A stretch of DNA of 64,000 nt from Lysobacter sp. (lineage in GTDB: Bacteria; Pseudomonadota; Gammaproteobacteria; Xanthomonadales; Xanthomonadaceae): contig JAKFDF010000064.1 in NCBI GenBank assembly GCA_036676275.1, positions 1,044 to 65,043 of the forward strand. Reading direction: 5' to 3'. The notes beneath the pieces were generated by a model. It did not search any database. It was not told the origin of the DNA and was given only the letters and a program-made list of their open reading frames with translations. Made by a program: the position numbers and the translations under genes. Below, in pieces: positions 34,111 through 45,681 of this stretch (within the stretch, counting starts at the first letter, position 1; each line of letters begins with the position of its first letter).

Positions 34111-34233
34111 CGATCTGGGAGGCTTGCCTGTTTCTGCCACCAGAAGCGCAAACACCCACTTGTCGTAGCCGCCGCGACGAGCTCAGGGCGGGATATTCCC
34201 CACAGGCCGGGGGAAGTTACGCAAAACGCGTAG

Positions 34234-34473
34234 CTACGGACTGGCGAGGAAGTTGCGGAGGGTATCCGGAGTGAACGGCCAGTCGAGTTCGAGGCCGCGG
34301 ACTTCGTCGCGCCAGACCGGGACGCGCTGGCCGTAGCGGGGTTCCAGCATCGGGTCGTCGTCGATGAACACACTGTCGAAGGCCGGGGCCCGCGCCGCCG
34401 CCAGCACCTCCAGCGCCAGGTCGCAGAGGTGGCAGTCGTCGCGCTGGAACAGCAGGAACCGCGATCCGGGCAT
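34234..34473 (-). CDS. Glutaredoxin-like protein (DUF836)
   Basis: 'QRDDCHLCDLA' CxxC, 'YGQRVPV', 'LDWPF'. Confidence 0.85.
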   Translation of the reverse strand: MPGSRFLLFQRDDCHLCDLALEVLAAARAPAFDSVFIDDDPMLEPRYGQRVPVWRDEVRGLELDWPFTPDTLRNFLASP

Positions 34474-34490
34474 CGGAATAGAATAGCCGC

Positions 34491-35873
34491 ATGGCAGTCA
34501 GCACCTTCGACCTGTTCAAGATCGGCATCGGTCCGAGCTCCTCGCATACGGTCGGGCCGATGCGCGCGGCCGCGCGCTTCGTCGACCACTGGCTGCGCGA
34601 GGCCGGCGACCTCGACCGCGTCGCACGCGTCCGCGCCGAAGTATTCGGCTCGCTGGCCCTCACCGGCCGCGGCCACGGCACCGACAAGGCGATCCTGATG
34701 GGGCTGGAAGGCCAGCAGCCCAACCTGATCGACCCGGACCTCATCCCCGCGGCGCTCGAGCGCATCCGATCGCAGAAGAAGGTCCGCCTGCTGGGCACCC
34801 GCGAGATCGCCTTCGACGAGAAGACCGACCTGGCGATGAACAAGCGGCAGAAGCTGCCGTACCACAGCAACGGCATGCGTTTCACCGCGTACGACGCCAG
34901 CGGCGAGGTGGTCGCCACCCGCGACTACTACTCGGTCGGCGGCGGCTTCGTGGTCAACCAGGACGAGGCCGCGGAAGACCGCATCGTCGCCGACACCACG
35001 CCGTTGCCGTACCCGTTCAACAGCGGCGCCGAACTGCTGGCGCAGTGCGAGCAAAGCGGCCTGACGATCGCGCAGTTGATGTTCGCCAACGAGCAGGTCT
35101 GGCGCAGTGCCGACGAAATCCGCGCCGGGTTGCGCGAGATCTGGCGGGCGATGCAGTCCTGCGTGCAGCGCGGCATCCGCGAGGGCGGCACCTTGCCCGG
35201 GGGGCTGCACGTGCAGCGCCGGGCGCCGCTGCTGCATGCCGAGCTGTCGGCCAAGCCCGACGCGGCCGCGTCCGATCCGCTGACCACGCTCGACTGGGTC
35301 AACCTGTTCGCGCTCGCGGTCAACGAGGAGAACGCCGCCGGCGGGCGCGTCGTCACCGCGCCGACCAATGGCGCGGCCGGCATCATGCCGGCGGTGCTGC
35401 ACTATTACGAACGCTTCATCCCGGGCGCGAGCGAACAGTGCATCTTCGATTTCCTGCTCACCTCCGCCGCGATCGGCATCCTCTACAAGGAGAACGCCTC
35501 GATCTCCGGCGCCGAGGTCGGTTGCCAGGGCGAGGTCGGCGTCGCCTGCTCGATGGCGGCCGGCGGGCTGACGGCGGCGCTCGGCGGCAGCATGTCGCAG
35601 GTCGAGAACGCCGCCGAGATCGGCATGGAGCACAACCTGGGACTGACCTGCGACCCGATCGGCGGCCTGGTGCAGATTCCCTGCATCGAACGCAACGCGA
35701 TGGGTTCGGTCAAGGCGATCAACGCCTCGCGCATGGCGCTGCGCGGCGACGGCAAGCACAAGGTCTCGCTGGACAAGGTCATCAAGACCATGCGCGACAC
35801 CGGCCGCGACATGCAGGACAAGTACAAGGAAACCTCGCGCGGCGGGCTCGCGGTCAACGTGATCGAGTGCTGA
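34491..35873 (+). CDS. sdaA: L-serine ammonia-lyase
   Basis: '[14 protein letters not shown]', 'TAPTNGAAG', '[11 protein letters not shown]', 'LTCDP', 'PCIERN'. Confidence 0.96.
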   Translation: MAVSTFDLFKIGIGPSSSHTVGPMRAAARFVDHWLREAGDLDRVARVRAEVFGSLALTGRGHGTDKAILMGLEGQQPNLIDPDLIPAALERIRSQKKVRLLGTREIAFDEKTDLAMNKRQKLPYHSNGMRFTAYDASGEVVATRDYYSVGGGFVVNQDEAAEDRIVADTTPLPYPFNSGAELLAQCEQSGLTIAQLMFANEQVWRSADEIRAGLREIWRAMQSCVQRGIREGGTLPGGLHVQRRAPLLHAELSAKPDAAASDPLTTLDWVNLFALAVNEENAAGGRVVTAPTNGAAGIMPAVLHYYERFIPGASEQCIFDFLLTSAAIGILYKENASISGAEVGCQGEVGVACSMAAGGLTAALGGSMSQVENAAEIGMEHNLGLTCDPIGGLVQIPCIERNAMGSVKAINASRMALRGDGKHKVSLDKVIKTMRDTGRDMQDKYKETSRGGLAVNVIEC

Positions 35874-35946
35874 GGCCGCCACTCCCCGACTCCGCGGACG
35901 TCGCCCCGGCGTGCCGCCATGGCCGGTTCGCGCTTACACTGCGGCG

Positions 35947-38136
35947 ATGGCCGCCCCGGGGGAGAGGTTCCGCCGCTTCGCGCTGCTGACCGGGCTGTAT
36001 TTCGCCGGGGCGGTGCTGGCCACGTTGTACCTGCGCACCCCCGAGGACGTGACCCTGTTCTGGCCCAGCGCCGGCGTCGGCTATGCCGTGGTCGTGCGCT
36101 ACGGACTGGGCTGGGTGGCGATCGTCCCCGTGGCCATGGGCCTGATGCATGCCCTGGTGCTGCCGGTGCCGCCGGAATTCCTGCCCTATTCGATCGGCAG
36201 CAACACGCTGGCGACGCTGCTGGCCGGCTGGTACGTGCGCCGGCAGCGACGCGAACTGCACCTGGAGATCGGCGACGGCCTGCTGCTGCTGCGCGGCGGC
36301 ATCCTGCTGGGCCTGGTCAGCGCGACGATCGGCACTGTCGGCCTGGTCGAAGCGGGCATGATCCCGGCTGGCGACTCCGGGCGCGCGCTGGTGCTGTGGC
36401 TGCTCGGCGACGTGCTCGGCATCACCACGCTGGCACCGAGCCTGTCGGTGCTGTTGGGGCGCGGGGGCGCCACGCCGCGCATGCGCGTCTGGGGCGGCGA
36501 GGCGTCGCGGCGCGAACGCATCGCGTGGATGGCGATCCTGGCACTGTGCCTGTCGGCGATCTGGATCGCCGGGCGCAGCGGCAACCTGTATGCGCTGGGC
36601 CTGGTCAGCCTGCCGCTGGCCCTGCTGTTGTGGGCGGCGATCCGCTTCTCGCCGATCCTGGCGATGCTGGCGACCGTCGCGGTGGTGGTGTTCCTGAGCC
36701 TGGTGACCGGCCTCGGGCTCGGCGGGTTCACCCGCCCGCTCACCCTGCTGGACTCGTCGGTGCTGATGTCGCTGCTGATCCTGATCTCGGTGATCCCGGT
36801 GATGCTGAGCGTGTCCAACCACGAGAAGCGCAGCACCGCCGTCGCGCTGTACCGTCGCGCGACCCGCGACCCGTTGACCGGATTGCTCAACCGCAGCACC
36901 TTCGAGGAACGTGCGCGCGAGCGGCTGGCCGGCGGCGAAGGCGAACTGGCGCTGCTGTACCTGGACCTGGACCACTTCAAGCTGGTCAACGATGCCACCA
37001 GCCATGTCGCCGGCGACATCCTGATCCGTGGCGTCGCCGACCTGTTCGCCGCCGAGTTCGACCGCACGGTGCTGGTGGCGCGTACCGGCGGCGACGAATT
37101 CGCGGCGCTGTTGCCGGCCACCCGCGGCGCGGCGAGCGCGACCGCGCGGCGCCTGTTGACCGCGATCGATGCCTTGCGCGTGCCGTGGCAGGCGCAGGTC
37201 CTGACCACCACCGCAAGCATCGGCCTGGCCTGCGGCCGTGCGCCGCACGTCGATTTCGACAGCCTGCTCTCGCATGCCGATGCCGCCTGCTTCGCCGCCA
37301 AGGAACTCGGCGGCAACCGCATGCTCGCCGCCGCCCCCGACAGCGACGAAATGCAGGTGCGCGCGGCGACGATGCGCTCGGCGCTGCAGGTGCGCGAGGC
37401 GCTGGACGAGCGCCGCTTCGAGCTCTACTGCCAGCCGATCGTCGACCTCAACACCCCAAGGGCGCCGCAGCGACACTTCGAGATCCTGCTGCGCTGGACC
37501 GACGCCGGCGGCGCCGTGCGCGCGCCGGCCGAACTGATCGCCGCCGCCGAACGCTACCGGCTCGGGCCGCGGCTGGATCGCTACGTCGTCGACGCCACCC
37601 TCAACTGGCTGGAACAACACCCGGACGCCGCGGCGATGGTCGAGCACTGCAGCATCAACCTCGGCGGCGCGACCCTGGTGGACGAGGAATTCAGCGACTA
37701 CTTCGCCGCGCGCCTGCGCCGCAGCGGCGTGCCGGCCGAACGCCTGTGCCTGGAGATCACCGAGACCAGCGTGGTCCGCGATCGCGCCCGCGCACAACGT
37801 TTCATCGCGCGGATGCGCGAGCTCGGCTGCCGCTTCGCGCTGGACGACTTCGGCACCGGCTTCTGCTCCTTCGGCTACCTGCAGGACCTGGACGTGGATT
37901 ACCTGAAGATCGACGGCAGCTTCGTCCGCGACCTCGAGCAATCGCCGCTGGCCGAGGCGGTGGTCCGCGCGATCACCGACATCGCCCACGTCCTGGACAA
38001 GCGCACCGTGGCCGAGCAGGCGCAGACCGAGGCGCAACTGGCCCTGCTGCGGAAGATGGGCGTGGACTACGCGCAGGGTTACGTGTTCCGGCACCCGCAA
38101 CCGATCGAGGTGTTCTTCGCCGCCAACGCGGCCTGA
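35947..38136 (+). CDS. MASE1-GGDEF-EAL c-di-GMP enzyme
   Basis: About 9 TM helices, 'DPLTGLLNR', 'DLDHFKLVND', 'GGDEF', 'FEILLR', 'LEITE', 'DDFGTG', 'KIDGSF', 'QGY'. Confidence 0.9.
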   Translation: MAAPGERFRRFALLTGLYFAGAVLATLYLRTPEDVTLFWPSAGVGYAVVVRYGLGWVAIVPVAMGLMHALVLPVPPEFLPYSIGSNTLATLLAGWYVRRQRRELHLEIGDGLLLLRGGILLGLVSATIGTVGLVEAGMIPAGDSGRALVLWLLGDVLGITTLAPSLSVLLGRGGATPRMRVWGGEASRRERIAWMAILALCLSAIWIAGRSGNLYALGLVSLPLALLLWAAIRFSPILAMLATVAVVVFLSLVTGLGLGGFTRPLTLLDSSVLMSLLILISVIPVMLSVSNHEKRSTAVALYRRATRDPLTGLLNRSTFEERARERLAGGEGELALLYLDLDHFKLVNDATSHVAGDILIRGVADLFAAEFDRTVLVARTGGDEFAALLPATRGAASATARRLLTAIDALRVPWQAQVLTTTASIGLACGRAPHVDFDSLLSHADAACFAAKELGGNRMLAAAPDSDEMQVRAATMRSALQVREALDERRFELYCQPIVDLNTPRAPQRHFEILLRWTDAGGAVRAPAELIAAAERYRLGPRLDRYVVDATLNWLEQHPDAAAMVEHCSINLGGATLVDEEFSDYFAARLRRSGVPAERLCLEITETSVVRDRARAQRFIARMRELGCRFALDDFGTGFCSFGYLQDLDVDYLKIDGSFVRDLEQSPLAEAVVRAITDIAHVLDKRTVAEQAQTEAQLALLRKMGVDYAQGYVFRHPQPIEVFFAANAA

Positions 38137-39254
38137 TCGATGCCGCGCAGGATCGCCAGCGCGTCATCGAGAAGTGCCGCCGCGGTGACCTGCGCGCCGG
38201 CGCCCGGACCCTGGATCAGCAGCGGCTGTTCGCGATAACGGTCCGACCAGATCGCGACCCGGTTGTCGGTGCCGGCGCCTCCGGCCAGCGGATCCGCGGG
38301 CGGCAGCGATTCCAGGCCCACGCGCGCCACGGCGCCGCCAACGCCGTCGCAGTCCAGCCGCGCCACGAAATGCAGCTTCTCGCCGCGCCCGCGGGCCTCG
38401 TCGTGACGCATGCGCAACGGCGCATCGAGTTGCGGCAAGGCGGCATCGACGGCGTCGCGACCGAGCGTTGCGAGCACGGCCGGCACCAGCGAATCCACCT
38501 CCACGGCCCCGGCTTCCAGCTCGATGCCCACGGCCCGCGCCAGGATCAGCAGCTTGCGGCGCACGTCCTCGCCGGACAGGTCGTCGCGCGGGTCCGGCTC
38601 GGTATAGCCAGCGTCGCGTGCCTCGCGCACGAATCCCGAGAACGGGCGCCGCCCGTCGTAATGGCGGAACAGCCACGCCAGCGAACCCGAAAGCACGCCG
38701 GCGATCGCGTGGATGCGGTCGCCTCCGGCCTGCAGTCCGCGGATCGAGCGCAGCAGCGGCAAGCCGGCGCCGACCGTGGCGCTGTCGCCATAGCGGCCGC
38801 CGCCGTGCGCGCAGGCGGCACGGATTTCGCGCCAGCGTTGCAGCGACGCGCCCCGTCCGAGCTTGCAGGCAGTGACCACGTGGATGCCCTGCGCCAACCA
38901 CGATGCATGCCGCGCGGCGACCGCATCGCTGGCGGTGGCATCGATCACGATGCACGGACCCCGGCCGGCCAGTGCCGGCCGCACCGAATCCAGCTCGGCA
39001 CGCCGGCCGGCGGCCTGCAGTTGCCGCGCTGCCGTCCGCGGCGAGAGGCCGCAACGATCGCTGCAGGCGTGCCGGGAATTGGCGACGTGCACCAGCCGCA
39101 GGCGGTCGCCCAGGTCGGTGCCCCGCCATTGCGCCAGTCGCTGCAACACGGCGCTGCCGACGGTGCCGGTGCCGAGCAAGGCCACCCGCGCCGGCGCGGG
39201 CGCCGGCCGCGCGCTGCGGTCCGCGGCAACCAGCGGCTGCGCTACCGCGCTCAT
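38079..39254 (-). CDS. hom: Homoserine dehydrogenase (monofunctional)
   Basis: 'ALLGTGTVG', 'IDATAS', 'VGAGLP', 'GYTEPDPRDDLSGEDVRRK', 'GPGAG..VTA'; ATGA overlap with metB. Confidence 0.9.
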   Translation of the reverse strand: MSAVAQPLVAADRSARPAPAPARVALLGTGTVGSAVLQRLAQWRGTDLGDRLRLVHVANSRHACSDRCGLSPRTAARQLQAAGRRAELDSVRPALAGRGPCIVIDATASDAVAARHASWLAQGIHVVTACKLGRGASLQRWREIRAACAHGGGRYGDSATVGAGLPLLRSIRGLQAGGDRIHAIAGVLSGSLAWLFRHYDGRRPFSGFVREARDAGYTEPDPRDDLSGEDVRRKLLILARAVGIELEAGAVEVDSLVPAVLATLGRDAVDAALPQLDAPLRMRHDEARGRGEKLHFVARLDCDGVGGAVARVGLESLPPADPLAGGAGTDNRVAIWSDRYREQPLLIQGPGAGAQVTAAALLDDALAILRGIDQAALAAKNTSIGCGCRNT

Positions 39255-40453
39255 GGCGCCGCGACCGTTTCCACCACGGCATCGCGCCCCGCGGGTGGCA
39301 GCGCCAGCACCCGCTGCAGCGCGACGGTGAGGTCGGCGACCAGGTCGTCGGCGTGTTCGATTCCCACCGACAACCGCAGCAGGCCATCGCCGATGCCCGC
39401 GACCGCGCGCGCCTGCGGGCTCATCGCCGCGTGCGTCATCGTCGCCGGATGGGCGACCAGGCTTTCGACGCCACCCAGGGACTCGGCCAGGGTGAAGTAC
39501 CGCAGGCCGTCGAGGAAAGCGCGCACGGCCGCCTCGCCGCCGTCCAGCTCGACCCCGAGCATCGCGCCGAAACCATGCTGCTGGCGGGCGGCGATGGCAT
39601 GGCCAGGATGCGACGGCAGTCCCGGGTAATGCAGCGCGCGCACCGCCGGATGGCCATCGAGCAGGGCCACCAGCGCGCGCGCATTGTCCTGGTGCGCGCG
39701 AAGGCGCGCATCCAGCGTGCGCAGGCCGCGCAGGGTGAGGAAGCTGTCGAACGGCGCGCCGGTGATGCCCAGGCAATTGGCCCACCACGCCAGCCGGTCG
39801 TGCAGCGCCGCATCCCGGGCCACTACCGCGCCACCGACCACGTCGCTGTGGCCGTTGATGTACTTGGTGGTCGAATGCACCACGATGTCGGCGCCGAACG
39901 CGATCGGATTCTGCAGCGCCGGCGACAGGAAGGTGTTGTCGACCACCGCCAACGCACCGGCCTCGTGCGCCGCTTCGATCACCAGGCGCAGGTCGGTGAT
40001 CCGCAACAGCGGATTGGACGGCGTCTCGATCCACACCAGCGCCGGCCGCCCGCACAGCGCCGTCGCCAGCGCACCCGGGTCGCCGAGATCGGCCGTGACC
40101 AGGTCGAAGTGGCCCTTGCCGGCCAGCGCATTGAACAGCCGCCAGCTGCCGCCGTAGCCGTCGTGCGGCACCACGATGCGCTCGCCCGGCTCCAGCAACG
40201 CGCCGAGCACCAGCGTGATCGCGGCCATGCCGGTGGCCGTGACCACGCCACCGGCGCCGCCTTCCAGTTCCGCCAGCGCCTCGCCGAGCAGGTCCCGGGT
40301 CGGGTTTCCGCTGCGGGTGTAGTCGTAGCGGCGCTTGTCGTCGAAGCCGGCGAAACTGAAGTTGCTCGACAGCACCAGCGGCGGCGTCACCGCGCCGAAG
40401 GCCGGGTCGCGATCGATGCCGGCACGCACCGCGCAGGTGGAGGGGCGGCTCAT
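39251..40453 (-). CDS. metB: O-succinylhomoserine (thiol)-lyase / cystathionine gamma-synthase
   Basis: 'YTRSGNPTR', 'ETPSNP', 'VVDNTF', PLP lysine 'HSTTKYINGHSD', 'FTLAESLGGVESL'. Confidence 0.93.
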   Translation of the reverse strand: MSRPSTCAVRAGIDRDPAFGAVTPPLVLSSNFSFAGFDDKRRYDYTRSGNPTRDLLGEALAELEGGAGGVVTATGMAAITLVLGALLEPGERIVVPHDGYGGSWRLFNALAGKGHFDLVTADLGDPGALATALCGRPALVWIETPSNPLLRITDLRLVIEAAHEAGALAVVDNTFLSPALQNPIAFGADIVVHSTTKYINGHSDVVGGAVVARDAALHDRLAWWANCLGITGAPFDSFLTLRGLRTLDARLRAHQDNARALVALLDGHPAVRALHYPGLPSHPGHAIAARQQHGFGAMLGVELDGGEAAVRAFLDGLRYFTLAESLGGVESLVAHPATMTHAAMSPQARAVAGIGDGLLRLSVGIEHADDLVADLTVALQRVLALPPAGRDAVVETVAAP

Positions 40454-41523
40454 GCCGTGGCTCCGCGACACCCGGCGACGCCCGTGCCGGCATCGATATC
40501 GGCCAGCGCTTCGCACAGCAGCGCCGCGACGGCGTCGGTTTCCTTGAGAAAGGCGTCGTGGCCGTAGCGGGAGCGCAGCACCCGCAACCGGGTCTCGCCG
40601 CGCAGGCGCTCCACCAGGCGATAGGCGTCCTCGACCGGCACCAGCCGGTCCCCGGCCACCGCGACCACGGTCACCGGGATGCGGATCGTGCCGGGATCGA
40701 CCGCCTGCAGGTCGATCGATTCCGACAACCGCGCGAACGCGGTCGCCGGGGTGCGCGCCGCATACTTGTCGCCGCAATGGTCGAGGTAGTCCTCGGCGGC
40801 CACGCGCACGCGTCCGCCGGACACCTGCGCGGCGCCGAAGCGCGCCGCGAATTCCTCCGGGGTGCGATAGCTCAGCAACGCCAGTTGCCGTGCCAGCGCC
40901 AAGCCGTCGCGCTCGTCGCACTGCAGCGCGCCCAGCGCCAGGGCGCGCCGCTGCAGCGCACGCCAGGCGCTGGCGTAGGGGTGCGCGCGGTCGGTGCCGC
41001 TGATCGCCAGCAACCGCTGCAGCCGCGCCGGGTGCCGCGCCGCGAACTGCAACCCGACCATCGCCCCGTAGGAGCAGCCGACGAATGCCGCCAGCACATC
41101 GATGCGCAACGCATCGAGCACCGTGGCGATCGCATCGGCCTGGTCGGCCGGATCGATCGGTGCGTCGAGCGTGCCGTCGGCGCCGAGCCAGTCGATGGCG
41201 AGGAGGCAATGCCGCGCGGGGTCCAGGGCCCGGCCCGCGCCGACTTGCGCGTCCCACCAACCCGGCTGCGGGAAGCCGGGGCCGGCGGCGACGTGCCGGT
41301 CGGCGGAAATGCCGCCGGCAACCAGCACCACGGGCAGGGCCGCATCGCCGCTGGTTTCGTAGCGCAACTCCACCCGGCGCGTGCCGGCATGGCGCAGCGC
41401 AAGGGTGCAGGACACGGCGCCGCGCCGCGCGCCGGCAGCGCCGGCATGACCGGCAGGCGGGGCGAAGGCGGGGGCGGGGATTCCGGGAGGGGCGTGCCGC
41501 ACGGCTGTGGTGGCGAGGCTCAT
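40450..41523 (-). CDS. metX: Homoserine O-acyltransferase of the MetX alpha/beta-hydrolase family (succinyl type likely)
   Basis: 'AGGISA', 'GWWDAQVG', 'VGCSYGAMVG', 'LSESID', 'YGHDAFLKE'; first gene of the met operon; start 41523 or 41532. Confidence 0.9.
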   Translation of the reverse strand: MSLATTAVRHAPPGIPAPAFAPPAGHAGAAGARRGAVSCTLALRHAGTRRVELRYETSGDAALPVVLVAGGISADRHVAAGPGFPQPGWWDAQVGAGRALDPARHCLLAIDWLGADGTLDAPIDPADQADAIATVLDALRIDVLAAFVGCSYGAMVGLQFAARHPARLQRLLAISGTDRAHPYASAWRALQRRALALGALQCDERDGLALARQLALLSYRTPEEFAARFGAAQVSGGRVRVAAEDYLDHCGDKYAARTPATAFARLSESIDLQAVDPGTIRIPVTVVAVAGDRLVPVEDAYRLVERLRGETRLRVLRSRYGHDAFLKETDAVAALLCEALADIDAGTGVAGCRGATA

Positions 41524-41617
41524 GGCCGTCATTCCTGAGGGAAAGGGCCATCGAGTCGCGCGGGGCAACGCCGGAACACAGCAGCCACGGCCCGCCCGGG
41601 AGGGAGGCGGATCGCAA

Positions 41618-41729
41618 CCATCTTCCGGTGGACGCACAGGTCCCCGCAGGAATTGGCACCGCGACGGGGCTTGCGCCCCATCCAGTTGCCCCGGCGTCTT
41701 CGGGCCTGTCCCTCAGCCGGTCTCGATGG
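41618..41729 (-). promoter_or_regulatory. SAM-I riboswitch
   Basis: Minus strand CCATCGAGA...GAGGGACAGGCCC GAAGACGCCGGGGCAAC...GGTGCCAATTCCTGC...GAAGATGG; P1 CCATC/GATGG; all hallmark SAM-I segments; upstream of metX-metB-hom. Confidence 0.92.
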
Positions 41730-41737
41730 ATGGGCGC

Positions 41738-41792
41738 AGGTTGCCAGTGGCTGCAGGGTTTGTCAATCGCTTCATCTGGATGAAGCGATTGA
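41738..41792 (-). promoter_or_regulatory. met operon sigma70 promoter overlapped by a 14-2-14 perfect palindrome (operator candidate)
   Basis: TTGACA (41766-41761), 17 nt, CAACCT (41743-41738), placing the start site at the riboswitch 5' end; TCAATCGCTTCATC-TG-GATGAAGCGATTGA at 41763-41792. Confidence 0.7.
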
Positions 41793-41868
41793 TTGGCAGA
41801 ACCCTTGGCGCGAACGCCGGATGAACGATTCAGATCGCATTTTTTTTCGATACCCGCATACTTCGCCC

Positions 41869-42975
41869 ATGCTGAAACGACTTCTTGGTGGCCTTGGCGC
41901 CACCCTGCTCCTAGCCGCCTGCAACTCCGCGCCGCAGCGGCCCACATCCACCCCTCCCGCCACCGCGGAGGCCGCGGCGCCGGCCGTCCGCAGCATCCCC
42001 GAGGCCTGGGTCTCGGCCGAAACCCCGGCCGAGGAACTCGATTCGCTCGCCACCTGGACCGGCGAGGACGGCAGCACCTGGCTGATCGCCACCGGCAAGT
42101 CCAGCCACCGGCTGGTGGTCTACGACGCCGAAACCGGTCGGCAGCTGCGCACCGTCGGCGGCGAAGGCAGCGCGCCCGGGCAGTTCGACCGCCCCAACGG
42201 CATCGCCGTGTTCGGCGACCACCTGTTCGTGGTCGAGCGCGACAATCATCGCGTGCAGGTGTTCACGCTGCCCGGCTTCACCCCGGTCGGCAGCTTCGGC
42301 GAGGGCATCCTGCGCAGCCCGTACGGCATCTGGATCAACGAGACCGAACCCGACGAACTCGAGGCCTACATCACCGACAGCTTCATGTACGGCAGCAAGT
42401 TCGACGTGGTGCCGCCGTGGAACGAACTCGACCAGCGCGTGCGCCGCTTCCGCGTGCAATTCGACCAGGCCGGCCGGCTGCGCGCCAATTACGGCGGCTC
42501 CTTCGGCGACACCGGCGAGCAGACCGCGCTGCGGATGGTGGAGTCGATCGCCGGCGACCCGGCCAACGACCGCCTGCTGATCGCCGACGAGGACACCCGC
42601 CACGCCTCCACCCTGCGCGAGTATTCCTTCAGCGGCCGCTACACCGGCCACAGCCTGCCGCAGGACGCCTTCGGCGCCGAGGCCGAGGGCGTGGCGCTGT
42701 GGACTTGCCCGGACGGCGGCGGCTACTGGATCGCGGTCGACCAGCTGGCGCCGTTGACCATCTTCCACCTGTTCGACCGGCTCACGCTGCAGCCGCGCGG
42801 CAGCTTCGAGGGCCAGGTCACCGCGCACACCGACGGCGTCGCGTTGCACGCCGTCGCCACGCAACGCTTCCCCGGCGGCGCGCTGTACGCGGTGCACGAC
42901 GACAAGTCGGTCTCCGTATTCGACCTGCGCGACGTCGTGGCCACCCTCGGCCTGCCGGCCGATTGCGTGCACTGA
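41869..42975 (+). CDS. Phytase-like / NHL beta-propeller lipoprotein
   Basis: Lipobox LAAC, 'GQFDRPNGIAV', 'EAEGVALW', 'HTDGVAL', 'FPGGALYAVHDD'. Confidence 0.7.
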   Translation: MLKRLLGGLGATLLLAACNSAPQRPTSTPPATAEAAAPAVRSIPEAWVSAETPAEELDSLATWTGEDGSTWLIATGKSSHRLVVYDAETGRQLRTVGGEGSAPGQFDRPNGIAVFGDHLFVVERDNHRVQVFTLPGFTPVGSFGEGILRSPYGIWINETEPDELEAYITDSFMYGSKFDVVPPWNELDQRVRRFRVQFDQAGRLRANYGGSFGDTGEQTALRMVESIAGDPANDRLLIADEDTRHASTLREYSFSGRYTGHSLPQDAFGAEAEGVALWTCPDGGGYWIAVDQLAPLTIFHLFDRLTLQPRGSFEGQVTAHTDGVALHAVATQRFPGGALYAVHDDKSVSVFDLRDVVATLGLPADCVH

Positions 42976-42980
42976 CCGCC

Positions 42981-43913
42981 GTGTTGCCGCGCCCGGCCCT
43001 CGCCCGCCTGCTGCCCGCGCTGCTCGTCGCGCTGGCAGCCATGGCCGGCGCCGCGCAGGCGGGCAAGGTCTACAAGTGGACCGACCGCAACGGCGTCGTC
43101 CACTACGGCGACAGTCCGCCGGACGCGAAGGCGGCGGCCAGGAACGTCAAGGTGATCCCGGTGCAGGCGCAGCCGGGGGCGATGGTGCGGCTGCGGGTGG
43201 AAAACGACAACGGCGCCTACATGGCCTGGGCCGACAACACCCTGGCCGGACCGATCGAGGTGATGCTGCGTTTCGGCCACGAGCGCAACGTCGCCGGCGA
43301 CCCGGCGCTGCCCGCGCGCGCCACCGTGCCCGCGCATGGCAGCGCACTGGTGGCGCGGATCGGCGCGCTGGATCCCGCGCAGCCTGGCGAGTTCGAGCTG
43401 CGCCTGGACGGCATCCCCGGCGATCCCTCCGCGCAACCGCGCGACGTCCAATACCTGCTGCCGCTGCGCCAGCGCACGCTGCAGGTCGACCAGGGCTACG
43501 GCGGCAGCTTCAGCCACACCGACCCGCAGAACCTGTACGCGGTCGATTTCGCCGCCGACATCGGCACCACCGTGCTCGCCGCTCGCGCCGGCGTGGTGAT
43601 GCAGGTGGAAAGCGATTTCGACAAGGCCGGGCTCAACCGCGAGAAATACGGCGGCCGCGCCAACTTCGTCCGCATCCTGCACGACGACGGCACCATGGCG
43701 CTCTACGCGCACCTCAAGCCCGAGGGGGTGATGGTGCGCGTCGGCCAGCGGGTGCAGGCCGGGCAGCAGATCGGGCTGTCGGGCAACACCGGCTTCACCA
43801 CCGGCCCGCACCTGCACTTCGCGATCCAGGTCAACCGCGGCATGCGCCTGGAGTCGATCCCGTTCCGGATGCTCGGGCCGCGGGGCGCGCTGCGCTTCGG
43901 CGACCGGCGCTGA
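42981..43913 (+). CDS. M23 family metallopeptidase with N-terminal DUF4124-like domain
   Basis: '[15 protein letters not shown]', 'SH...AVDF', 'YAHL', 'TGPHLHF'; GTG 42981 or ATG 43042. Confidence 0.85.
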   Translation: MLPRPALARLLPALLVALAAMAGAAQAGKVYKWTDRNGVVHYGDSPPDAKAAARNVKVIPVQAQPGAMVRLRVENDNGAYMAWADNTLAGPIEVMLRFGHERNVAGDPALPARATVPAHGSALVARIGALDPAQPGEFELRLDGIPGDPSAQPRDVQYLLPLRQRTLQVDQGYGGSFSHTDPQNLYAVDFAADIGTTVLAARAGVVMQVESDFDKAGLNREKYGGRANFVRILHDDGTMALYAHLKPEGVMVRVGQRVQAGQQIGLSGNTGFTTGPHLHFAIQVNRGMRLESIPFRMLGPRGALRFGDRR

Positions 43914-43974
43914 CCGCGCCCCGTATAATCGCGCCCTTCCCCGCCGATCCCCGCGCCTGCCGCGCGCCGCCACC

Positions 43975-45579
<1,605 letters not shown>

Positions 45580-45681
45580 GCGGCCGGCCGCCGTGCGCAC
45601 GCGCACGCTGGCGCGAAACCCTCACCGCATGCATACGCCCGCGCTACCAGCATGATCGCTCCGCGCTGGCCGGAGCCACCG

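Noticed and set aside
35919-39629. Very long off-frame ORFs (1236 aa here, 1058 aa at 20158-23334, 925 aa at 28185-30962)
   Set aside because: Arg/Ala/Pro/Gly-rich shadow translations spanning several genuine genes
38079-40493. 804-aa ORF that could be a bifunctional aspartokinase-homoserine dehydrogenase (MetL/ThrA)
   Set aside because: The N-terminal half is an Arg/Ala-rich alternative frame over metB with no kinase motifs; hom starts at 39254
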